A DNA stretch of 64,000 nt from Mobula birostris (lineage: Eukaryota), in NCBI RefSeq assembly GCF_030028105.1, contig NC_092380.1:81217717-81281716 (forward strand). The letters run 5' to 3'. Of this stretch, positions 25,859 to 39,119 are shown piece by piece; position 1 is the stretch's first letter, and the number at the start of each line of letters is the position of its first letter. Both the position numbers and the translations under genes were made by a program. The notes below the pieces were generated by a model. The model ran no database searches, was not told where the DNA came from, and was given only the letters and a program-made list of their open reading frames with translations.

Positions 25859-26630
25859 TGGTAGATTCCATTTATTTGGATACATCATGAAGTGGCTGCC
25901 CCAATTTGCCAAAGTTTCACGAAAACAGTTGAAAAGGTATGAAAAAGACAAGCTATCATTCAACTGAATAACAAATTATGTATTTAAATGAAATAGAGAA
26001 CGAAGTTGAACACTACCGCACTACCATAAAGCTATATATTAGTTCCTAATAGTTAGTGATGGAGGAATTCATGCAGTATACACTGCCGTTTTTTTTGGTT
26101 AACTGTAAATGAACAAAATCAGCACAGACATGTTAGTGGACAGTAATAGACAGATAATGGACTGCGTTTCTGCAACACTTTTGAAGATTGCATCCTCAAA
26201 ATCTTCATTTTCATTATAACATTCAAGATGATTGTTGATACCTTCAAATTCTTTGTAATTCCTAACTTGTTGAAGGATTGAAATCATTTCATTTTCATTC
26301 CCAGCCATGTTTGACATCTCTAAGCCAAAATGCTTGAAACCACAGTGAGCGAAACAGTTCTGAATTGTCTTACTGCTTATTTTTCGCCAATTGACAGTGA
26401 CAAAAATCACTGCTCTTTTTGAACACAAACACGCACACCTGAGGCAATTTAAAACTGTTCACACTACGCATGTTGTAATGTCTAATGGGCCACACAAGTT
26501 AGAAACCATTCAGAACAGTGGCATGGTGACCCAAATAAACGAAGGGAATCTCAGCAATTTTTCAATTAGTTTTTGTTCTTTAAGAGTTATCTCAAATATC
26601 CGGCTGCCCCGATTACACAATGGCCCACTG
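25859..26630 (-). mobile_element. Tigger/pogo-type non-autonomous DNA transposon
   Basis: Ends in ...CCCACTG|TA. ORF 26099-26428 contains WRKISSKTIQNCFAHCGFK, resembling the pogo/Tigger transposase C-terminus. A second copy lies at 37814. Confidence 0.8.
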
Positions 26631-27607
26631 TACTTACAGACTTGAAATTTCAAATTTTTGCTAGTTTTGCAGTTCATTTTTGATGCTGGCTTCTGTTTGT
26701 TTTTTTGAATTTTATATGAATATTTAACATTTTTTGCAATGTTTGAAATATTTTTTTTCAATTTTTTCAAAAATGGAGCATAGATTTCTTTTAACGGAGC
26801 ATAAGACAACTAAATATTTTTGCCTTTAATTGAAACATCCTTAAGAGTTCATCGGGAAAACATTTAAAGTAGAACACAAAAAGAAACTCAATACTGTGTA
26901 TTTTCAAAGATCAAACAAGGCACTTTAGTGTCTAGTCAGGTTCCACTGGATGGGGGTTCTTTCGTCTGTGATATAAGTTGAATATTAATAATCACCAGCC
27001 CTTAAAACTGCATTTGCCATTATTTTGTATATTGAAATATTGAAGCTGACTTGGTTTATCCAGAATACTTGCTGTAGGAAACAGACCAGCCAATGACGAT
27101 TAAAATCATATTTTCATATTTTTTTTCGATAATTGTATGGAAGTATTTTTAAGTAATATGAAAATTTGTGAAGATCACATTTTGTGAAGCAGAAATGCCA
27201 GTATTGAAGCACTGCTCCCAGCTTATACTGCCATTCAGCCAGAGTCATTTCTGAGAGATTGTGTAGATCAGCTGAACTGGAGAGCAAAGAACCCTGAGCT
27301 GGTCATAGCATCAAATTGCTACAAAAAAAAGTGAGGAAGAATGAGTGTTATTGGATATCAAGGCAATGTGATTTTCCTTCCTTATCGATGCGAGCTAATA
27401 TTTACATTTGCCTTTAAGATTGACATTTATGAAGACCCACCACTCTGTCGATGTGGAATTAGAGCAAATTATTTGATGAAACAGGTGGTGGAATACAGAA
27501 GTCAGATATGGAGGTAGAAATCTAACTGTATTTGAGTCTTAAACAAAGCAGAAATAAAGTTCAGAAGCATGAAGAATAATTCCACTAAAACAGAGGGAAA
27601 AGGTTGT

Positions 27608-27756
27608 AAACACGAGGAATTCTGCAGATGCTGGATGCGGCGGAGACGGAGGAATTGCGAGAAGGGTCAGTCCTGACGAAGGGTCTTGGCCCGAAATGTA
27701 GACTGTACCTCTTCCTGGAGATGCTGCCTGGCCTGCTGTGTTCATCAACAACTTTG
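27608..27756 (+). mobile_element. Rearranged mini Penelope-like element with hammerhead motif
   Basis: Inverted PLE 3' end, then an inverted 33-bp RT fragment (32/33 identical to 31737-31769), then a forward PLE terminus. Confidence 0.85.
27668..27705 (+). ncRNA. Minimal type I hammerhead ribozyme motif (PLE-associated)
   Basis: CAGTC-CTGACGA-A-GGGT(CTTG)GCCC-GAAA-TG-TA-GACTG: 5-bp stem I, complete CUGANGA and GAAA boxes, GUA cleavage triplet. Confidence 0.7.
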
Positions 27757-28164
27757 AAGGAAAAGATTGTGACGGAGAGAGAAGTTATACCCAGCACTTT
27801 AGCCATAGCTAATAAGTCTATTTCTACAAAGTGGGCCTTATCATTGCATTCTGAGTTTTGGGCCACGTTCATATAATAGTTCACTAAAAGAGAGTATTGA
27901 CTTAGCTGTGAAGTTGGCCTCAGAATGTCTGTCACGGAGACCCTGACTGGTGAGGAAAAGTTGGACAGCATCTTTTATCAATTAAATCATAAAGAAAGTT
28001 TGTTTTAAGCATTTATTGATTGTAATTATGATGTAAAAAGGACTTCCTGTGCCACATCAAATTAAACCAACTTCTCATGATGATTAATCTGACACAATAT
28101 ATAGGATAATTCAGGGTTAAAAATTGGTACCATCTCAATATACCATCATTTACATCGGTGGTAC

Positions 28165-28880
28165 GTAAGTGGAACAGGTCAAAGGCTTTAAGTTCCTTGG
28201 GGTCAATATCACAAATGACCTGACTTGGTCCAACCAAGCAGAGTCCACTGCCAAGAAAGCCCACAGGCACCTTTACTTCCTGAGAAAACTAAAGAAATTT
28301 GACCTGCCCCCTGAAACCCTCACTAATTTTTATAGAAGCACCGTAGAAAGCATTCTTCTCGGGTGCGTCACAACCTGGTATGGAAGTTGTCCTGTCCAAG
28401 ACCGAAAGAAGCAGCAGAAGATCGTGAACACAGCGCAGCACATCACACGAACCAATCTTCTGTCCTTGGACTCACTTTACACCGCACGTTGTCGGAGCAG
28501 TGCTGCCAGGATAATCAAGGACATGACTCACCCAGCCAACACACTTTTCATACCTCTTCCCTCCGGGGGAAGGCTCAGGAGCTTGAACACTCATACGGCC
28601 AGATTTGGGAACAGCTTCTTTCCAACTGTGATAAGACTGCTGAACGGATCCTGACCCGGATCTGGTCCATACCCTCCAAATATCCAGACCTGCCTCTCAG
28701 TTTTTTTGCACTACCTTACTTTCCCTTTTCTGTTTTCTATTTATGATTTATAATTTAAATTGTTAATATTTACTATCAATTTGTACTCCAGGGAGCGCAA
28801 AGCACAGAATCAAATATCGCTGTGATGATTGTATGTTCTAGTATCAATTGTTTGGTGACAATAAAGTATAAAGTATAAAT
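28165..28880 (+). mobile_element. Young Rex/Babar-type LINE 3' end
   Basis: Open ORF 28169-28654 (FKFLGVNITNDLTWS...LYFLRKLKKF...LPSGGRLRS...FFPTVIRLLN), then AATAAA and an (AAAGTAT)n tail. Confidence 0.9.
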
Positions 28881-29679
28881 ATAACAGTAAAATGGTGAGA
28901 AAATAGCAAGACTTTCTGAAAAGAAGCACAGTTTCAATGAAATACTGCCAGGCTGTGTTTAGGAGCTCGAACTGATAATGCAGAAGAGAGCTTAATGGCT
29001 GAACTATCCTTCTTTCTATATATTCTTATGGAGACTCATCAGTAGAGAAAGAGTTTTTTTCAAATCCTAAACTAAATTAGGAGCTAGGCACCAAAAAGAA
29101 ATCATTTGTCAAATGCATATGAAACTACAGCCCTCATTTTAACTGTTCAATTTTAGAATGATGATTTTATCACTGAAATGTATTTGATTTTCTTTTCAAA
29201 TGAGCTTGCCGTAGTATAACAATAAGATAAACTAAAAGTGGAAAAGTAGTTCTCAATAAAGAACGCCTTAATGCTTCAATCACTGTGCAGACTAAAGAGA
29301 AGCATTGCATGTCAAGAACTTATGCACTCTCCTTTGGAGAACCAGAAATATTCAGAAGGGTTTTTACTGCACTAGAACAATGGCTGGAAGTTGTCTGCTA
29401 TATTTTTATGCCTTTAAAACAGTATTATTGGTGATTTTAAAGCTTTTGTAATGCCGTGACCTCTGTATATGCACAGAATAATATCATCATGTTCTCGTGA
29501 ACTATCAGTTTCAGTGCAGGATTTTGTTTTTATGGGTTCTCAGGGCTGTTGACATTCAGAAACATGCTGTAGGCAGCCAGGTTTTGAAGGGACTTTATGT
29601 GAAATGAGACACTTTCTTTCAGCTACTGGGGAATGTTTTTACCTGGTGAACAAATGCTGCAGCAATCAGAGTCATAAAG

Positions 29680-30850
29680 TCAGTCATGGAGCATGAAACA
29701 GATCATTCAGCCCTCCACATCCTATAGACCCTGGGTACCCATTCTTATTAATCCCAACCTCCAGCACTTGGCTCATAGCCTTCTAAGCTTCGATAACTTA
29801 AATATTGAGGAAAAACTCTGTTTCCAACATTCTCTCCAGCAATGCCTTCCAGGTCCTCAACATTCTATAAACAGGAAAGGTTTCCCTCTGAGACACCTAA
29901 CCCCGTATCTATAATCTATGCCCTCTAGTTTCTTTGCCTGTAATAAGGAGAAATTTTTCTTGCAGTTTACTCTACCTACGTCTCTTATAATTTTATACAC
30001 ATCCATCGTGTCCTTTCATAACCTTGTCCACTCCAGTTAGAACAAACCCAGCCTCTCCAGTCTCTCCTCATTATTGAAACACTCCATCCCAGGCAATATC
30101 CTAGTGAATCTTCTCTCACTCCCTCCAAAGACAACAGATATTTCTTATAGTGACCAGCTAATATTTGACCGCTCTCTTATTAAGCTGGAGCGTAAATTGC
30201 CTGTTCTTGTATTCAGTGCCTGAACTAATAAAGGCTAATATCCCTTTTCCCTTCCTTACCTGTACTGCAACCTCTAAGGACTTTGAACCCTGTTCCTCAG
30301 TCCTCGCTCAGACCTTGTCATTCACGGCCTAGATTCATTATTACTCTCAAAATGCATCATCTCCCAACTTTTTTTTAAGGATCAACCTACATCTGCGATT
30401 TCTCAGCCTCTTTCACTAACATGTCACCATCACCCTGAAGACTAAGATTACCTTCCACATCGTCAACAACTTCCCCCAACATCCATTATTTTTTCTAGTA
30501 ACTTCCCTACTGCTGATATTAAGCTCACAGGTTAATAATTGCCTTCCTTTTCCCAGGTGTCCTTCTTGAATAAAACAGACCACATTTGTCAGTCTCCAGC
30601 TATCTGGCCCCTCACGTAGAGCCATCGAAGGTTTAAAAATTTTGTTCAGAGCCCCAACAGTCTCTTCCCTTGCCTCCCACGGCAGCCTGTGATAAATCTC
30701 ATCTGTCCCCGGGGATTTACCTGCCTTCACACCTGGTAGCTTCTTTTTATTACTGACACTTGTGCTGAAATTTCACCTTTCTTGTTGCTGAGTTCGCCTT
30801 TTGTCTGTTTCCTTTGCGAACGCCAATGAAAAGTATTCATTTAGGACCGC
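29680..30850 (-). mobile_element. CR1 LINE, decayed
   Basis: ORF 30416-30730 reads KSPGTDEIYHRL...PDSWRLTNVV (CR1 KSPGPD...PEDWR motif); 3' portion extends toward 29680. Confidence 0.8.
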
Positions 30851-31320
30851 AGCTGCACCTGCTGGTGTTTTAAGGTGGTCAAGTAGACATGAACAGGGTG
30901 GTAAAAAGCACTGCTCGCAGTGCAAAGGGTCCATGGAGACACTGCGCTACTGCAGTCAGCAACTCTCTCTGTGAGGTCACCAGCAAGGTAATCTGTCAGA
31001 AATAATGTTCCAAAAATACAGTACGTGAATGCCTACACTTTGGATGATGACTGGAGATTTTTTAAAAAAAAGATGAAATTGTCTCTGTTTGAGTTTAGAG
31101 TTGATTCTCCCAAATGCAGCAAACTCAGAAATATGCCCAAGTTCTGTGGCAGCCGCCTGGAATAATCCTAAAACAGGGAACCTGGGAGCGACCTTTGACA
31201 CCATAGGCAAAGCAATGTAGCACTATTCTGAGACATGGTTTGAAAATGTAGGATTTTAGGGATGTTAGTGCAGTCTAGATGGTGGTCATTTTAAAAAACA
31301 AGGATTCAGAATCAGATTAT

Positions 31321-32389
31321 TTACTCTTAATAATTTCTCCTTTGGCTCCTCCCACTTCCTCCAAACTAAAGGTGTAGCTATGGGCACCCGTATGGGTTCT
31401 AGCTATGCCTGCCTTTTTGTTGGGTTTGTGGAACAATCTATGTTCCGTGCCTATTCTGGTATCTGTCCCCCACTTTTCCTTCGCTACATCGACGACTGCA
31501 TTGGCGCTGCTTCCTGCATGCATGCAGAACTCGTTGACTTTATTAACTTTGCCTCCAACTTTCACCCTGCCCTCAAGTTTACCTGGTCCATTTCCGACAC
31601 CTCCCTCCCCTTTCTAGATCTTTCTGTCTCTGTCTCTGGAGACAGCTCATCCACTGATGTCTACTATAAGCCTACTGACTCTCACAGCTATCTGGACTAT
31701 TCCCCTTCTCACCCTGTCTCTTGCAAAAACGCCATCCCCTCCTCGCAATTCCTCCGTCTCCGCCGCATCTGCTCTCAGGATGAGGCTTTTCATTCTAGGA
31801 CGAGGGAGATGTCTTCCTTTTTCAAAGAAAGGGCCTTCCCTTCCTCCACTATCAACTCTGCTCTTAAACACATCTCCCCCATTTCACGTACATCTGCTCT
31901 CACTCCATCCTCCCGCCACCCCACTAGGAATAGGGTTCCCCTGGTCCTCACCTATCACCCCACCAGCCTCCGGGTCCAACATATTATTCTCCGTAACTTC
32001 TGCCACCTCCAACAGGATCCCACCACTAAGCACATCTTTCCCTCCCCCTCCTCTCTCTGCATTCCGCAGGGATCGCTCCCTACACAACTCCCTTGTCCAT
32101 TCGTCCCCCCCATCCCTCCCCACTGATCTCCCTCCTGGCACTTATCCGTGTAAGCGGAACAAGTGCTACACATGCCCTTACACTTCCTCCCTTACCACCA
32201 TTCAGGGCCCCAAACAGTCCTTCCAGGTGAGGCAACACTTCACCTGTGAGTCGACTGGGGTGATATACTGCGTCCGGTGCTCCCGATGTGGCCTTTTATA
32301 TATTGGCGAGACCCGACGCAGACTGGGAGACTGCTTTGCTGAACATCTACGCTCTGTCCGCCAGAGAAAGCAGGATCTCCCAGTGGCCA
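31321..32389 (+). mobile_element. Penelope-like element: RT C-terminal half and GIY-YIG endonuclease, truncated at both ends
   Basis: GVAMGTRMGSSYA...FLRYIDD...LPFLD...YYKPTDSHSYLDY (PLE RT). After a frameshift near 32050 comes C-rich linker CKRNKCYTC and VIYCVRCSRCGLLYIGETRRRL (GIY-YIG). Confidence 0.95.
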
Positions 32390-32849
32390 AAAGTGGAATG
32401 TTAGCTTTCATTCTAGCCCTCATTAATAAATGTGCTCAGCAAGTAAGCAATGTGAAAGTGAGAGACCTCAATATATAAAGGTAGTGACTGGGAACTCCTT
32501 TTCCTAAATATAGTTTTCCTTCATAATTCCAAAATGGCTTCACAAATGTGTTAAGTCAATGTATAAATACATCAAAAAGGGTACTTGCAATACAGATCAT
32601 ATAATCTGAATACATACTCTCATTCACTAAAGCACGACCCAGAAAATGATAGGATGACCAGAGCAGGACAAGCGGCCAGAAGAGGAGAGGTTTAAAGACA
32701 AGAAGGATATCAGCTGGGAGTCTATGCAGTAAAGGTGTTCATGGAGTAATTTTCCTAAGCAATCTCAGCAACAATCAACTATGGAAGCTGACGCTGAAAT
32801 CTAGTAATGGTGCAACTACAACTTCAACCTAAAGAAAGCTGTCAGATTC

Positions 32850-33245
32850 CAGAGATGAAATACTCTCTGAGAGAAGTTTTTAGTACCTCAGTTTTAAATG
32901 AGCAGCCTTTTATTTTGTAGCTACATTCTATGATCTATGAGTCACTCATGACTAAAAACATTTCATCATCAAAGTTCGAATAAGAATTCCCTCATTTGTC
33001 TAAATTCCAAGGAGCATAAAACAAACTATCCAGCTTCTCTTGATAGGACAACTCTCTCAACCCCAGATTTAGCCTGGTGAACCTCTTTTGGGCTGTCTCC
33101 AATACTACAATATCACTTTCATTAGTTAGGAGGACAAAACCTGCAACAATGTTTCAGATTTGTAACATCACCAATACCCTGAACAACTCTAACAGAAATT
33201 CCTTAATTTTAAACTCCAATCCTTTTACAATTAAAGCCAACATGC
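32850..33245 (-). mobile_element. Old CR1 fragment
   Basis: Decayed match to the CR1 ORF2 C-terminus (GCCTGGTGAACCTCTTTTG; cf. 46930 region). Confidence 0.55.
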
Positions 33246-33267
33246 TTAATTAACTAATTAATTAATT

Positions 33268-34385
33268 AAAGGGGCTTCCCTTCCTCCACCATCAACTATG
33301 CTCTCAAACGCATCTCCCCCATTTCACGCACATCTGCCCTCACTCCATCTTCCCGCCACCCCACTAGGAATAGGGTTCCCCTTGTCCTCACTTACCACCC
33401 CACCAGCCTCCGGGTCCAACCTATAATTCTCTGTAACTCCCACCACCTCCAACGGGATCCCACCACTAAGCACATCTTTCTCTCCCCCCCCCCCCCGCTT
33501 TCCGCAGGGATCCCTCCCTACGCGACTCCCTTGTCCATTCGTTCCCCCCATCCCTCCCCATCGATCTCCCTCCTGGCACTTATCCGTGTAAGTGGAACAA
33601 GTACTACACATGCCCTTACACTTCCTCCCTCACTAACATTCAAGGCCCCAGACAGTCCTTCCAGGTGAGGCGACATTTCACCTGTGAGTCGGCTGGGGTG
33701 ATACACTGCGTCCGGTGGTCCCGATGCGGCCTTCTATATATTGGTGAGACCTGACACAGACTGGGAGATCGTTTCGCTGAACACCTACCCTCTGTCCACC
33801 AGAGAAAGCAGGATCTCCCAGTGGCCACACATTTTAATTCCACGTCCCATTCCCATTCTGATATGTCTATCCACGGCCTCCTCTACTGTAAAGATGAAGC
33901 CACACTCAGGTTGGAGGAACAACACCTTATATTCCGTCTGGGTAGCCTCCAACCTGATGGCATGAACATCGACTTCTCTAACTTCCGCTAGGCCCCACCT
34001 CCCCCTCATACCCCTTCTGTTACTTATTTTTATGCACACATTCTTTCTCTCACTCTCCTTTTTCTCCCTCTGTCCCTCTGAATATACCTCTTGCCCATCC
34101 TCTGGGTCCCCCCCCACTTGTCTTTCTTCCCGGACCTCCTGTCCCATGATCCTCTCGTATCCCCTTTTGCCAATCACCTGTCCAGCTCTTGGCTCCATTC
34201 CTCCCCCTCCTGTCTTCTCCTATCATTTTGGATCTCCCCCTCCCCATCCAACTTTCAAATCCCTTACTCACTCTTCCTTCAGTTAGTCCTGACAAAGGGT
34301 CTCGGCCTGAAACATCGACTGCACCTCTTCCTAGAGATGCTGCCTGGCCTGCTGCGTTCACCAGCAACTTTGATGTGTGTTGCTT
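33268..34385 (+). mobile_element. Penelope-like element 3' part (GIY-YIG, 3' UTR/pLTR)
   Basis: High identity to 31828-32389; ORF stop TAG at 33989-33991; pyrimidine-rich UTR; CpG-decayed hammerhead at 34285-34320. Confidence 0.93.
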
Positions 34386-35420
34386 ATTCAGAATCAGAAT
34401 CGGGTTTATTATCACTGATATATGTAATGAAATTTGTTTTATTTTAGCAGTACAGTACAATGCATAAAATATACAAAGTTACAATAAGAAATATATAAAA
34501 TAATTAGTGCAGAAAAGGAGCCAAATAGTGAGGTTGTGTTCATGGGCTGTTTAGAAATCAGATGGCAGAGGGGGAGAAGCTGTTCCTAAAATGTGGAATG
34601 TGTGTCTTCAGGCTCCTGTACCTTCTCCCTGATGGTAGTAATGAGAAGAGGGCACATCCTGAGTGGTGGGGGTCTTGTATGATTGATGCTGTCTTTTTGA
34701 AACATCGCCTTTTGGAGATTTCCTTGATCCTTAGCAGGCTAGTGCCCGTAATGGTGCTGGCTGAGTTTACAGCCCTCTGCAGCTTTTCCTGATCCTGTGC
34801 ATTGGCCACTCCATACCAGACTGCAGTACAATGAGTTAGAATGCTCTCCATGGTACATCTGTAGAAGGAAAAAGATTTGGGAAAGTAAAGGAAAAGATTT
34901 GGGAAAGGGATAAAAAATGATAAAATTAAGTAAATAAGTACATAGGGATTGGATAATTATGTCTGGGAGCAGGAGCAAGCATGAACAAATTAGGATATAA
35001 ACACCTTCAGTGGTTGTTACATAGGCTTACATACAACATTTTGGACCAGTAGAAATGGTCCAGAAGAGATATATGGAAACTATTATTATTATTTTTCTTA
35101 ACAACTAACACCATCACTTAGCCTAATAGATTAGAATTGCCACTGTACATAATTATCTATTTAAGTGTCTAATTTCCTTTTATATCATCTCAATGTGTAC
35201 TTAAGAATGTATAAATAATTATAGTTTTATACATATAAAAAAATGAAAAAGGTTATACGTGTGAAAAAAGTACATAATATTTGTGAATTCCTTATCCAAA
35301 TAAAAATAAATTTTAAAAAAAAGAAATTTGCTAGAGTCTTGGTGACACACCAGGCCTCCTTAAACTTCTAATGAAATGTTGCTGCTGGTGTGCTTTCTTC
35401 AACAGAGTTCAGTGGAAACT
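34386..35420 (-). mobile_element. Rex/Babar-type LINE 3' end, interrupted by a poly(A)-tailed insertion
   Basis: (GATTCT)n tail at ~34390; ORF 34558-34851 reads ESILTHCTAVWYG...LLPSGRRYRSL; element resumes at 35322. Confidence 0.85.
34867..35321 (+). mobile_element. Poly(A)-tailed retroposed fragment (possibly L1/Tx1 3' end)
   Basis: Ends AATAAAAATAAATTTTAAAAAAA; flanked by an AGAA duplication (34863-34866 and 35322-35325) inside the Rex LINE. Confidence 0.55.
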
Positions 35421-37813
35421 GGATTATTGAAACCTGCTTTTTTTTTGAGAGTAAATAGAACTGTTGTTCTTCAGAGTAATGAGGTTGAAAATTATGCTGG
35501 AGACAAATTTCGCACTGTATCACTGTTGGTATCATTTGGGAGAGTTTACACTGGAGTGACAATGCTTATACAAATCTTGCCAAAATGTCCGGGATTGAAA
35601 TTCCTGGCAGGCACAGTGCTACCCAGAAATTGGTATTGCTGTACACTGGTTAAGCCAGTTTTGTGTAGAGCCTTGTATTGTTCTCAAGGTTATACAAAGG
35701 ATTGTTTGGTTGACTTTATATGTAGCTTAAGTGTAACAATTGATTTATCAAGATTTTTTTCAACTGCTGTTAAAGCCTTACTTTAAAATAATTTTGACTT
35801 TTCTATTAGCTTTAAACCAAATGTGATTTTCAGACCATAATTATTGTTGTTAGTAGCAACTAGGGCAGCATGTGTACTTTCCTGGCAATTTTTTCATATG
35901 TAGGTGTAATTGCAAATCCCATGGCACACTATTCCATTAATAACTCCTATAAATGAATATGTTTTGGTTCATATGGAAACCCACTTTCTTGTTCTGAGCT
36001 GTGAGCAAATGTGTCGAGCGAAGCCGTTCTTACTGAAACATTCATTCCCATTTTCCTTTCACACTGAACACACTTCAATGCCCCTGGCAAGTAAGTAGGA
36101 AAAAACAAGCTGTCAGATGAGATTGGGGCATCATAATAAAGGAGATAAGGATTTGGTGGGAATATGGGGATGGACAACTCCTCTGTAACTGACATAAATT
36201 GTTCAAAACCTCTTTTTTCCTGATAACTTTTGTTTATCAACTAATCTGATGAAAAAGGATAAACTGGGAAGCAATCCCTGGAACATCAGCAGAGTCCAAT
36301 CTACATATCGAAAGGAGGTCCCAACTGTATCTCACCCCTGTTCAACATCAGAAGGGGATAGTGGCAAATTCAGATAGTAAGAAGTTTTGGCTGTTATAAG
36401 TGTTCATTTTCCCAGTTTCAGCCAGTGGCCTGCCTGTGTTAAAATACTTCCAAGATCTTTCACTTCATATTTACTTCATTTTCATTGAGCCAGCACCTCT
36501 TTATCTACTCTTCGCAACAGGAATGTTCTCGCTACACTGGAAAACACAATTTCAGGCATCCCAACCTACCAAAGTAAATACATTGCCGAAACTCAGTTTT
36601 ATTTCCTTCATGTTTCTGCTTATCTAAGCTATTTGAGGTAATGTGCCATTATACTAACAAAAGCAGCAGTATAAGAGCAATAATTATGTAATGGATGTAT
36701 TGTCCTAAACTCCAAAAAAATTGAATTTAGTTAATAGATATTTTCTGAATGACAATTTAGAACCAAATGGATTTTGTTATCTCATGCTCCCATGTTATTT
36801 GTTGGCCCTAGTCTATGTTGTTTTTCCGGGAGATAGTAGGAGTCCCACATGGCCTAGCATTTGCAATGAAACTATTGCAACCCATTTTTATTTTTAGTTA
36901 GCATTTGCCAAGTCTAGTTCAATCAGTACAGAGTACTGATAAAGGGTCATTAACAAAAGTTATTGACTTTTTTAAAGTACGTTGAGAACCACAATGATTT
37001 TTTTTCTTGCGTATTGACCTGTTTTTTATTTTTCTATTATCATTATGTTAAACAGCAGCGATCCAATTTGAAATGATGGCCAGATTGGGAGTATGTTGAA
37101 TACGGAAACCTAAGACTCTCAAGCACATTAATGGCTTGCACTCCCAATGCACATGACTAATAATGGGCTCACGACTTATTTGAATTAGGATGCTTATAGA
37201 TAATGCAGCTGGAATGGTATCCCACCAGGCAAGCTCCAGTTTATTGCAGTTGCTTCAGTGAGTGCCAGAAGAGGGCTAAACTTTTGTTGCTTGGTAATCT
37301 AGCCCATATGTCAGGACACTTCTCACTTTATCTGGCAATTTGTTTATGCCTTGCTTTAAGCAGAAACCAAAAAAATGATTCAGAGTTGTTAATGACAAAC
37401 TATAGCAACAATCTTCTATAGCCAAAAAGCCTAAAGTGAAAATAAATGGCAACATGTTGGCTTTTTGTTCTGTGTTGCTTGTAAAGTCATCTGTGTTATA
37501 ACCCACATGTATCACTAAAATGTTTAATTGAGTTGACCTATTATCGCGTTAATTTTGCCAGAGGGGTAGCCAGTGCTTAATTTCCTGCAGTGCTCTACAA
37601 ATGTATAACCAGCTCCTTCATTCCCCAGTCTTACAGATGCTGGCCTCAAAGCAGATGCAAAAATTCATGGATAAGTAACTTGCTATCTTTTCTCTCTTCT
37701 TTCTATATCTCTGCTCTACCACTTCTGACAATATCAAAACTGAGAGTATTAATTTGGTGATCAGTACTATTTTGAATATAAATGACAGAATCTTCACATT
37801 ATCATTCAAAATA

Positions 37814-38377
37814 CAGTGGATTTCAAATTAAGTTAATTTGGGCAGCTGCTTATTTGGGACAACTCTCAAAAAATACAATAAAAAATTAAAACAAGGATAT
37901 AGCCAGAATTCCCTTCATTTATTTGTGCCACTTAATTGGGACAGGAGACTGTGCCAAACAGTTTCTAACTAAAATCTGTCATGTGCACTTGTATGGTTAT
38001 TAGACACTACACGGTACTTAGAGCAAACAGTTTTTAAACAATGTCAATTGTGTATGTTTGTGTTCAAAAAGCACTGATTTTTGTCACTGATAGTTGACAA
38101 GAAATAAGCAGTAAGAAAATTCAGAATTGCTTTGTTCACTGCCGTTTCAAGCATTCAGGCTTGGAGATACCAGAAATGGCCAGAAGTGAAAATGAAATGA
38201 TTTCATGACTTCAGCAAGTTAGGAACTACAAAAAAATTTGAAGGTATCAACAATTATCTTGAAGGCTACAATAAGAAGTCAAGATTTGGAGGATGCAATT
38301 GTCAAAAGCATTGTATGAAGGCAGTCCATTAGGTGTCTGCACTAATTTGGTTCATTTAGTCAGTCAAAAGAACACGG
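37814..38377 (+). mobile_element. Tigger/pogo-type element, second copy
   Basis: TA|CAGTGG start; 38040-38370 is the reverse complement of 26085-26460 (AGCAGTAAGA.AATTCAGAA.TG.TT.G.TCACTG). Confidence 0.8.
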
Positions 38378-38903
38378 GAGCTAGTTGGTTGTCCATTGTA
38401 TCCAACAATATCAGTGAAACCTGTGAGAGTTTTTAAAGCGAAAAAGCCATTACGCTTGGACAGTTCCACTCTCCCCACCTCAGAAGTCTGGATCGAGTGG
38501 TACGAGTAGTCATCACAAAGTGTGGTCTTCCTTGGTTGTAGTGGATAACCATGTCTTCTTCAGTGCCTTATCATGGCCTTCTGGGTTAATGGATTTGCAG
38601 TGCCATGCTAAACTCAGGTTTCATCTACCCTCTCTGGTTGGTGTAAAGTATCCCACCTCAGAAATCAAGTTACAGCAGAGGACTGTGCTAAACCATTCTG
38701 CTTTCTCCCAAACCAATATCATTAGGTCTGATTATGTGATCAATAACTCATTGTTGTTTTCTACCAGCTTATTGTGGACAAATGCCTTTCCTCATTACTT
38801 ACCTTACAACACTGAAAAGAAAGTTTTCAGAGAAGAAAATTCTGTTTGAGGTTTTTTCCCTTAATAAGGAAAGATTTTAATTCTGAGGTTTCTGGTGTTG
38901 TAG

Positions 38904-39119
<216 letters not shown>

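Noticed and set aside
31657-32478. 273-aa ORF as a stand-alone nuclease gene
   Set aside because: Only the part after the ~32050 frameshift is real PLE GIY-YIG; the N-terminus is an alternative frame of the RT.
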